The translations under genes and the position numbers were made by a program. Below, piece after piece: positions 16,308 through 23,199 of a stretch of 24,724 nt of DNA; positions within the stretch are counted from its first letter, which is position 1; each line of letters starts with the position of its first letter. The stretch is from a virus, in IMG/VR virus record IMGVR_UViG_3300018022_000004, one strand, 5' to 3'. The notes under the pieces were generated by a model. That model ran no database searches. It saw only the letters and a list, made by a program, of their open reading frames with translations, and was not told the origin of the DNA.

Positions 16308-16331
16308 AATTATCCAGCCCCAAAGTAGGAG
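16308..16331 (+). promoter_or_regulatory. Candidate late promoter AATTATC-N11-TAGGAG
   Basis: Matches the layout at 11164-11187 (minus strand). Confidence 0.3.
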
Positions 16332-16339
16332 GCTTAGAG

Positions 16340-16471
16340 ATGATTACACTGTTCAAGATGGGGCTGGAGCTTGCCCTCGCCCTGGCGCTCTTCGTCGGCG
16401 GCATCGAGTTCACCCTCAGGTTCCCCAGTGCGGCTGCCAAGGTACACAAGGTCATAGCCGCCATCATATAG
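16340..16471 (+). CDS. Small membrane protein (43 aa, MITLFKMGLELALALALFVGGIEFTLRFPSAAAKVHKVIAAII)
   Basis: AGGAGG SD; one hydrophobic segment; absent from the ORF track (<60 aa). Confidence 0.7.
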   Translation: MITLFKMGLELALALALFVGGIEFTLRFPSAAAKVHKVIAAII

Positions 16472-16487
16472 GCACGGAAGGCCTTGC

Positions 16488-18752
16488 ATGCTGCTGAGGC
16501 TAGTAGCGGAGTTCCTTGTCACTGCCCGGCCCACGGAGCAGAAGATTGACTTCCTGGTGAGGCAGATGCAGCTCACCAGGGAGCAGGTGGAGCTGTGCAT
16601 CGACGCAGACCCCTCCCCCAACCAGACGGACTACGTCACCTGGCTCGCCAGGTGGCTCAGGAAGGGGCGCATACGCCTCCCCGAGGACTCCCCCCGCCTC
16701 AAGGAGATGCTGTCCACCTTCACCGTCCAGAAGCGGCAGCCCACCTTCCAGGGGAACAAGGACATCAACGCCTACGACCCCGCCCAGCTATCCGAGGCGC
16801 TGGAGCAGAACGCCATGACGGTGGTGCGGGGCAGGGACCTCGACAAGCTCAGGGCGATGCCCGGCGTGGAGCTGGTGGGGCAGAAGGGCTACCTCACCGT
16901 CTTCAGGACGACCGACCCCAAGGCGCTGGCCACGCTCTCCGACTCGACTAGCTGGTGTACCAGGCACGAGGCCACCGCCGCCCACTACCTGAAGTCGGGC
17001 CCCAGCTATGTCGCCTTCTGGAGGGGGCAGCCCTACGCCCAGCTACACTCCTCCTCCAACCAGTTCATGGACAAGCACGACCGCCCCCTCTACGAGGAGT
17101 TCAGGCAGAAGAGCAGCAGGGGGTGGGGGAGGGCGTCCTACCGGGTGCTGGGGAGGGGCATATGGGACCCGGTGGCCGTGGAGATGCTGGACCTCATCGG
17201 TAGCAAGGACCCCCAGGTGGAGAAGTGGAAGGCCACGCATGCCTCCACGCTCAGCACCCCGGAGGGGGTAGAGAAGCTCAAGAGGGACATCGGGGCGGGC
17301 TGGTGGATTAGCCCGGAGAACGAGATGAAGCTGGCCCTGGTGACCGGCACCCCCGTCCCCGTGGACAGGGAGGACAGCAGGCTGTGGGAGGTCGAGCCTT
17401 GGGCGCTGGGGAGGTACATGGACAAGTTCCACCCCCAGGGCAGGTGGAAGCCCATGGAGGAGTCCATCCTGCACAGCAGGTACGGGGTATCGCAGGGCAT
17501 CGACTACGCCAAGGAGAGGGTGCAGGGCAGGTGGCCCGAGCTGGAGAAGAAGCTGCTGCGGCGGACCCTCCTGTCCGAGTACGGGGCGGAGCTGGCGGTG
17601 AAGTATGCCGAGGAGGTGGTCAAGGGCAGGTGGCCGGAGCTGGAGAAGAAGCTCGACACGGGGAAGGGGGAGCATGCCGGGCATGCGGCGTACAACTATG
17701 CCGTGGTCGTCCTGAAGGCCCCCTGGTCGTCAGTGGAGGGCGTGTCGAGGGCCAACTGGGCGGGCATGCCCATGCCCGAGTACAACATGTGCAGCACCGA
17801 CCCGGAGCATGCCATAGACTACGCCGAGAAGTGGGGCTGGACAGAGTGGTCGTTCCTGCGTGACCGCCTGAAGGGGCAGGACAAGCACCGCTGGTACATC
17901 CACTACCTCAGTAAGGTGGAGAAGAGGCGGGACCCGGAGCTGGAAGCCAGGCTGCTGTCCCCGGAGGAGGAGGTGCAGACCGTCCGCACCCGCTACGGGA
18001 TTAACAGGCGCTCCGTGGACAAGGACGACCTGGCGGCGATATACGCCACCGAGGTCATCCACGGGCGCTGGCCGGAGCTGGAGGCAAAGCTGCTGAAGCA
18101 GGCGGAGGAGGAGGACGCCCCCCTCCTCTCCGAGTACCACGGCGGGAGGGAGCCCCAGTTCTACAACCGGGACAACTTCTACTATACCCGGATGGAGGAG
18201 GCCCCCCACCACTACATCGTCAGGGTTCTCAAGGGCAGGTGGCCGGAGCTGGAGCAGGCCATCCTGAGGAGGTACGATGCCTTCCCCATGCAGTGGGAGA
18301 AGAACCAGGAGCTGCTCCTGAGCTACCTCAAGGTCCTGGAGGAGGTCAGCAGGATTACCGGTGGCATAGACCGACCGCAGGTCCTTGGCGACGAGGAGGT
18401 ACCTTCCGTAAAGGTCACCTGGCCCGAGGGGGAGGAGAGGTTCGGGCAGCGTGCCCCGGCCTGGGAGGACTACCTCTTCCGGCACGGGCGTGAGATGACG
18501 CTCGGTGCCGCAGCCGAGCGCATGTACAACCCCTGGGAGGGGGTATATGCATTCGCAGAGAAGATTCACGACTACATCGCCTTCATACGCAGCCACGGGG
18601 GGGACTGGAAGGAAGGGGTCAAGCTCCTGAACTGGATAGAGAAGAAGCGGAAGGGGGAGCCTTACGGGGAGGGGCTGTCCTGGAGGATGGAGGAGAAGAA
18701 GGCCGCCCTCCTGAGGCGGAGGCGGCTGCTGCCCCTGAGGGAAGGACAATAG
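16488..18752 (+). CDS. Large repeat protein, paralog 1 (ADPS..Y..W domain, WCT domain, GRWPELE repeats)
   Basis: 754 aa. N-terminal ~200 aa highly similar to the next gene. About 10 Y(A)..V..GRWPELE-type units. Confidence 0.9.
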   Translation: MLLRLVAEFLVTARPTEQKIDFLVRQMQLTREQVELCIDADPSPNQTDYVTWLARWLRKGRIRLPEDSPRLKEMLSTFTVQKRQPTFQGNKDINAYDPAQLSEALEQNAMTVVRGRDLDKLRAMPGVELVGQKGYLTVFRTTDPKALATLSDSTSWCTRHEATAAHYLKSGPSYVAFWRGQPYAQLHSSSNQFMDKHDRPLYEEFRQKSSRGWGRASYRVLGRGIWDPVAVEMLDLIGSKDPQVEKWKATHASTLSTPEGVEKLKRDIGAGWWISPENEMKLALVTGTPVPVDREDSRLWEVEPWALGRYMDKFHPQGRWKPMEESILHSRYGVSQGIDYAKERVQGRWPELEKKLLRRTLLSEYGAELAVKYAEEVVKGRWPELEKKLDTGKGEHAGHAAYNYAVVVLKAPWSSVEGVSRANWAGMPMPEYNMCSTDPEHAIDYAEKWGWTEWSFLRDRLKGQDKHRWYIHYLSKVEKRRDPELEARLLSPEEEVQTVRTRYGINRRSVDKDDLAAIYATEVIHGRWPELEAKLLKQAEEEDAPLLSEYHGGREPQFYNRDNFYYTRMEEAPHHYIVRVLKGRWPELEQAILRRYDAFPMQWEKNQELLLSYLKVLEEVSRITGGIDRPQVLGDEEVPSVKVTWPEGEERFGQRAPAWEDYLFRHGREMTLGAAAERMYNPWEGVYAFAEKIHDYIAFIRSHGGDWKEGVKLLNWIEKKRKGEPYGEGLSWRMEEKKAALLRRRRLLPLREGQ

Positions 18753-18753
18753 G

Positions 18754-21180
18754 ATGGCTATACGGTTCACGGCGGAGTTCCTGGTCACGGCAAGGCCCAC
18801 GCAGGCCAAGATAGACCTGCTGGTCAAGCAGATGAGGCTCACCCCGGAGCAGGTCGAGATGTGCATTCAGGCCGACCCGTCCCCCAACCAGACGGACTAC
18901 ATCACCTGGCTTGCCAGATGGCTCTCCAAGGGGCTGATAAGGCTACCCGAGGACGCCGAGGGCATCAGGAACAACCTGGCCACCTTCACCACCCAGAAGC
19001 GCCAGCCGGGGTTCCAGGGCAACAAGGACGTGAACGCCTACAACCCTGCCCAGCTCGCCGAGGTCATCCAGCAGAACGCCCTCACGGTCGTAAGGCCCAA
19101 GGACCTGGACAAGATACGGGGGCTGAAGGGCGTCTCGGTGCTGGCCCAGAAGGGCGACCTGACCGTCTTCAAGGTGGACGGGGGGGTACACGAGCCTGCC
19201 CCGGACGACCCAGGCTACGAGGCAGGGGCAGTCCCGGACAACGTCCGTGCCCTCCAGGTGCTATCCGACTCCACGGAGTGGTGTACGAGGCACGAGTACG
19301 CCAGGACCTACCTCAAGCAGGGGCCGAGCTTCGTGGTCTTCTACAGGGGGCAGCCATATGCCCAGCTCCACCCCAAGAGCAACCAGTTCATGGACCGCAG
19401 CGACTCCACCCTGGTGAAGAGCTACCATGCCGAGGGGGAGCTGAAGTGGGAGTACAGGGGATGGGGGCACTACCGCACCACCCGGAGCGAGGGGGAGTTC
19501 CTGGGCACCGCCATAGCCGACCCGGTGGCGAACGAGGCCCTGGCCCTGATGCGGGCCAAGGCACCCGAGGTGGAGGAGTGGGCAAGGGCACAGAACGTCG
19601 TCGCCGACCCCTCCGTGCTGGCCAAGCGCCTCAAGGGCACCAAGCACTGGCTGGACGCCGCAGTGATGGAGGGCGTGCCGCTCACCCCGCAGGAGGAGGA
19701 GACCCTCGGCAACATGCTGCCGAGCCAGATAGAGGCCTATGCCAACAAGTTCCACTCCCAGGGCAGGTGGGCACCCATGGAGAAGGCGCTCCTCGCCCAC
19801 CTCAAGGACACCTACGACGGGACGAGGAAGGCGATAACCTATGCCGCCACGAGGATAGGGGGGAGATGGCCGGAGCTGGAGCCTTACCTCCTCAGGTTTG
19901 CGATGACCAACGACTCGCACGCCAGCGACGCCCTCCAGTACGCCACCCAGGCGGTGAAGGGCAGGTGGCCGGAGCTGGAGGCCAAGTTCTGGAAGACCAA
20001 GAGCAAGCAGGTGGCCCCCTCCCTGGCGGCGAGCTATGCCATCGACGTCCTGAAGCAGCCGTGGCGTGACGTCCTCCCCCAGACCTCCTTCCAGTGGGGT
20101 ATGGCAAGGCCCGAGGCACTGATGTGCCTGAACTCTCCGGACGTGGCCATAAGGTACGCCCAGCACTTCAAGTTCGGGAGCTGGCCGGAGTTCGCCCAGG
20201 TGCTCATGGCCAACAACGACCTGGACTCCTATATCGACTACCTGGACAAGGTAGAGGACAAGAGGAGGGACCCACGGCTGGAGGCAAGGCTCCTAGCCCC
20301 CGACGAGGAGCATTACCGGACGCAGGCCCCGCTGGACAAGTGGGAAAGGCGGAACTGGCGCTGGAACCATCCCAACGAGGAGATACCGGAAACCCGGTGG
20401 GTCAATGCCAGGGTACCCAAGGACGAGCTGGCGAACAAGTACGCCTTGCAGGTCCTCGGGCAGAGGTGGCCAGAGTTCGAGGAGAAGATGCTCCATGAGG
20501 CGATGGACAAGGAGAGCAGCATCCTCCCCAAGGAGTTCAAGGGGCTGGACGAGGACAGCTACGGGGGCAACAAGGACCTCCCTAACCCCTTCCACCACTA
20601 CATAGAGAACATGATAAAGGGAAGGTGGCCGGAGTTCGAGCAGGCCCTCCTCCAGAGGTACCAGGACTACCCCGATACCTGGAAGACCAACCAGGCCCTC
20701 GTCACCTCCTACATAAGCCTGGTGGCCGAGGTGACGAAGCAGACCGAGCAGGAGCCGGGGCAGCCCTCCTACTACCACAGAACCAGGCCCAGGAAGGGCA
20801 TATGGCCGGAGGGGGAGGCCATCCTGAGTCAACGCAGCCCCTCCCACGAGGAGTACCTCCGAGGGGACGTTAAGGACGGCTATGAGAAGTATGCCCAGAA
20901 CAAGGCCGAGAAGGAGAGGAGGGAAAGCCTGCCGGACAAGGGGAAGGGCCTCCCCTACATAGGCGACGGGGACACGGACCTATGGCATGCCGGGCACCAG
21001 ATAAGGGAGTACATCCTGTTCCTGCGCAAGCACGGCAACGACTGGCCGGACGGGGTCACCCTCCTCAACGAGGTAGAGGACTTCCGGGAGAAGCTCCACC
21101 CTGAGGAGAGGTACTACCAGCGCAACCGCTTGTCCTCCCACAGGCTCCTCAGGCCACAGAGGCTCCCACACTGGCGGTAA
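18754..21180 (+). CDS. Large repeat protein, paralog 2
   Basis: 808 aa, collinear with 16488-18752 (ADPSPNQTDY.TWLARWL, LSDST.WCTRHE, GQPYAQLH..SNQFMD, GRWPE[LF]E units). Confidence 0.9.
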   Translation: MAIRFTAEFLVTARPTQAKIDLLVKQMRLTPEQVEMCIQADPSPNQTDYITWLARWLSKGLIRLPEDAEGIRNNLATFTTQKRQPGFQGNKDVNAYNPAQLAEVIQQNALTVVRPKDLDKIRGLKGVSVLAQKGDLTVFKVDGGVHEPAPDDPGYEAGAVPDNVRALQVLSDSTEWCTRHEYARTYLKQGPSFVVFYRGQPYAQLHPKSNQFMDRSDSTLVKSYHAEGELKWEYRGWGHYRTTRSEGEFLGTAIADPVANEALALMRAKAPEVEEWARAQNVVADPSVLAKRLKGTKHWLDAAVMEGVPLTPQEEETLGNMLPSQIEAYANKFHSQGRWAPMEKALLAHLKDTYDGTRKAITYAATRIGGRWPELEPYLLRFAMTNDSHASDALQYATQAVKGRWPELEAKFWKTKSKQVAPSLAASYAIDVLKQPWRDVLPQTSFQWGMARPEALMCLNSPDVAIRYAQHFKFGSWPEFAQVLMANNDLDSYIDYLDKVEDKRRDPRLEARLLAPDEEHYRTQAPLDKWERRNWRWNHPNEEIPETRWVNARVPKDELANKYALQVLGQRWPEFEEKMLHEAMDKESSILPKEFKGLDEDSYGGNKDLPNPFHHYIENMIKGRWPEFEQALLQRYQDYPDTWKTNQALVTSYISLVAEVTKQTEQEPGQPSYYHRTRPRKGIWPEGEAILSQRSPSHEEYLRGDVKDGYEKYAQNKAEKERRESLPDKGKGLPYIGDGDTDLWHAGHQIREYILFLRKHGNDWPDGVTLLNEVEDFREKLHPEERYYQRNRLSSHRLLRPQRLPHWR

Positions 21181-21181
21181 A

Positions 21182-21215
21182 TCCCCAGGGCATGCCCTCC
21201 CTCCTGAGGTATAGT
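21182..21215 (+). promoter_or_regulatory. Promoter motif copy (TCCCCAGGG-N18-GTATAGT)
   Basis: Both elements are identical to the copy at 660-627 with the same spacing; both copies are preceded by AAA. Confidence 0.7.
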
Positions 21216-21232
21216 ATCCTTGAGGAGGAGCG

Positions 21233-21574
21233 ATGGGCACAAGGCTATACGTCGGCAAGAGGTCAGACGCCGAGGACGGCTCCAACGTGATGGTGCATGA
21301 CGGTGCCGAAGCGCCCCGCCCCCTGCACCTCTACCTAGAAGAGGTCAACCATTCCCCCACGGGCTTCGAGTGGGGCTACGGCGGCAGCGGCCCTGCCCAG
21401 CTAGCGTTCGCCATCCTTGCGGACTGCACGGGCAGCACCGAGACCGCCCGCCAGCACTACCAGGGCTTCAAGCAGAGGCATATCGCCACCATCCATACCG
21501 ACGAGTGGTGCATCACCTCCGACCTCGTCAGGCAGTTCCTCGACTCCCAGCCCAAAGGAGGCCTCCTTGCCTGA
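21233..21574 (+). CDS. DUF6166-like protein
   Basis: NHSPTGFEWGYGGSGPAQLA.AIL signature; GAGGAGG SD. Confidence 0.85.
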   Translation: MGTRLYVGKRSDAEDGSNVMVHDGAEAPRPLHLYLEEVNHSPTGFEWGYGGSGPAQLAFAILADCTGSTETARQHYQGFKQRHIATIHTDEWCITSDLVRQFLDSQPKGGLLA

Positions 21575-22097
21575 AAAGCTCGATATCGTCCTATGGGACG
21601 ACCCTATACTCTCCAAAGAGAGCCTTCCCATCCCCCCCGAAAAGTTCGGCAACGGCCTGTTTGACCTTGGCAGGAGGATGCTCGCCAGCGTCGGCAGCGA
21701 CGGCATAGGGCTTGCCGCCCCGCAGGTCGGCCTGTCCATGCGCCTCTTCGTCATGGCGATACGGGACAAGAAGGACAAGGTCACGGAGGAGATTGTAGTC
21801 GCCAACCCCGTGGCGACCGTATGCAGCGGCAGGACGGCCACGGCGGACGAGGGGTGCCTGTCCTTCCGGGCGGAGGGCCGGCTGCTCTACGGGCCAGTGA
21901 CCCGGTACGAGGCGGTGGACCTGCTCTGGCAGGACCCCCTGACCGGGGAGGAGAGGGAGCGCCACTTCGACGGGCTGGACGCCGCCTGCGTGCAGCACGA
22001 GATTGACCACCTGGACGGCATCATGTTCTTTGACAGGCGGCGTATGAAGAACGGGTGGCGCAAGAAGCTGCTCAAGCAGTGGGAGAAGCGCAGGTAG
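21567..22097 (+). CDS. def: Peptide deformylase
   Basis: Three PDF motifs: GIGLAAPQVG, EGCLS and QHEIDHLDG. TTG start after AAAGGAGG. Confidence 0.95.
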   Translation: MPEKLDIVLWDDPILSKESLPIPPEKFGNGLFDLGRRMLASVGSDGIGLAAPQVGLSMRLFVMAIRDKKDKVTEEIVVANPVATVCSGRTATADEGCLSFRAEGRLLYGPVTRYEAVDLLWQDPLTGEERERHFDGLDAACVQHEIDHLDGIMFFDRRRMKNGWRKKLLKQWEKRR

Positions 22098-22108
22098 ACA
22101 AGTTGCCC

Positions 22109-22171
22109 GGCACCCCGCCGCTTTATAGGGTCCCGTTCCAAGCCCGGGGCCCGACTTTACGGCGGGATGCC
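22109..22171 (+). ncRNA. Nested hairpin / candidate structured RNA
   Basis: Outer stem GGCACCCCGCCG/CGGCGGGATGCC, 7x7-nt internal loop (CTTTATA/GACTTTA), inner stem GGGTCCCG/CGGGGCCC, loop TTCCAAGCC. No U-tract follows. Confidence 0.45.
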
Positions 22172-22173
22172 AA

Positions 22174-22247
22174 GAGGCGGCCTTTCCAGGGGAGCCGGAG
22201 GGTCTCATAAGCCCTTGGCGTCCGTTCGACTCGGACGGGGCCGCCTC
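22174..22247 (+). tRNA. Atypical tRNA-like element, anticodon CAU (Met/Ile2-type), truncated D-arm
   Basis: Anticodon arm AGGGT-CTCATAA-GCCCT; T-arm GTCCG-TTCGACT-CGGAC; acceptor CGGCCTT/GGGGCCG extended by GAGG/CCTC. Only 14 nt between acceptor and anticodon arms; no encoded CCA. Confidence 0.7.
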
Positions 22248-22269
22248 CGAGGGCAGCCAGGAGTATCAT

Positions 22270-22425
22270 ATGATGATAACCATCGGGCAGGTCGAGGAGG
22301 CGTGGAAGGGCCTCCCCAAGGACACCAGGGTGACGGTCCCGGACTACGACTTCGGGCACAACGACCCTGTCGCCAGGGTCGAGTACAATGCTGAGGCAGA
22401 GGAGGTCGAGCTGCATACGATATGA
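22270..22425 (+). CDS. Small hypothetical protein (51 aa, MMITIGQVEEAWKGLPKDTRVTVPDYDFG...)
   Basis: AGGAG SD; stop overlaps the next ATG (ATGA); typical small phage-protein pattern (L..LP.D..V). Confidence 0.7.
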   Translation: MMITIGQVEEAWKGLPKDTRVTVPDYDFGHNDPVARVEYNAEAEEVELHTI

Positions 22426-22757
22426 TAACAGAGAAGGACGTCGAGGTACTGTCCAGCATGCTCGTCCCGGTGGTATGCCGCCACTGCGGGGCCATATACG
22501 ACCTGTGCGCAGGAGAGCCTACGGCCAGGTACGCCGACTGCACGTGCTACATCACGCCGTGCTGCGGAAAGCATGCCGACGACCGGAAGTGGAAGAGCAT
22601 GCCGGACTTCACGGAGCTTAGGGACCTCAAGGACTTCTTCGGCCTGGGCATGGACGGCTCCTACCGGGTGCCAAGGATTGTAGGGAGGAGGAAGAAGAGT
22701 GACGAGCATAAGCAAGAAGCTGAGCCAGACCACGGTAACAGTGAACAGGCGGGATAA
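22422..22757 (+). CDS. Cys-rich hypothetical phage protein
   Basis: VCRHCGAIYDL...ARYADC....PCCG...DDR; translationally coupled start. Confidence 0.75.
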   Translation: MITEKDVEVLSSMLVPVVCRHCGAIYDLCAGEPTARYADCTCYITPCCGKHADDRKWKSMPDFTELRDLKDFFGLGMDGSYRVPRIVGRRKKSDEHKQEAEPDHGNSEQAG

Positions 22758-22893
22758 CCCGGAAACAGGCCCCAACGACAACAGCATCTATATCGTCTTC
22801 TCGTCCGAGGGCAGCCACGGCGGCGGAAACTTCATCGAAGAGAGCGACCTAGGCGTTATCCTGGCCATGGTGGCCAAAATCAAGGAACTATAG
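22699..22893 (+). CDS. Hypothetical protein (64 aa)
   Basis: GGAGGAGG SD before GTG; overlaps the tail of the upstream ORF. Confidence 0.65.
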   Translation: MTSISKKLSQTTVTVNRRDNPETGPNDNSIYIVFSSEGSHGGGNFIEESDLGVILAMVAKIKEL

Positions 22894-22929
22894 CTCGGCT
22901 CTATCCAGGATACCAGCAGGAGGAAGGCC

Positions 22930-23166
22930 GTGGACTATGCAAGGACCGGGGTCGTGCATAACACAAGGAGGCTTTACTGGCTGAACGTCTCAAGCCCCTC
23001 CGGCCCCCCGACCTACGGGTTCCCGATGACCCGCAGGGGGCTGAGGGAGCTTAGGTCGCAGATTGACAGGGTACTGGCGGGGTATGTCGGCGGGGGATGG
23101 GCCTTCTCCGTCTACAGGGGGAGGGCCGTCCTGAGGCGGGTGCGTTCCAGGAGGATTAAACCGTAG
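22930..23166 (+). CDS. Basic hypothetical protein (78 aa)
   Basis: AGGAGG SD before GTG; fills the gap on the coding strand. Confidence 0.6.
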   Translation: MDYARTGVVHNTRRLYWLNVSSPSGPPTYGFPMTRRGLRELRSQIDRVLAGYVGGGWAFSVYRGRAVLRRVRSRRIKP

Positions 23167-23186
23167 GACAGCCAAGCGACCTGGGG

Positions 23187-23193
23187 GTATACT
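23187..23193 (+). promoter_or_regulatory. -10-like box GTATACT, 6 nt before the Pnkp ATG
   Basis: GTATACT-AGAGGC-ATG has the same geometry as at 620 and 11233. The upstream element is only weakly similar (AAACCGTAGG). Confidence 0.5.
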
Positions 23194-23199
23194 AGAGGC

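Noticed and set aside
17520-20640. Recurring GGCAGGTGGCCGGAGCTGGAG DNA repeats as a CRISPR array or DGR template/variable repeats
   Set aside because: The repeats are in frame, encode GRWPELE, are irregularly spaced and vary at synonymous sites. There is no cas or reverse transcriptase gene and no adenine-specific variation.
16488-21180. Stop-codon reassignment or readthrough fusing the two paralogs
   Set aside because: The TAG at 18750-18752 is followed by an out-of-frame ATG with its own homologous N-terminus. Recognisable enzymes in the window end at normal lengths with standard stops.
22109-22171. Twister ribozyme or intrinsic terminator
   Set aside because: Only the apical loop resembles twister; the UAA/GAG internal loop and pseudoknot partners are not evident. 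There is no U-tract for a terminator.
22263-22269. GTATCAT as another copy of the bipartite promoter
   Set aside because: No TCCCC element at the expected offset, and it overlaps an ordinary SD-to-start spacer.
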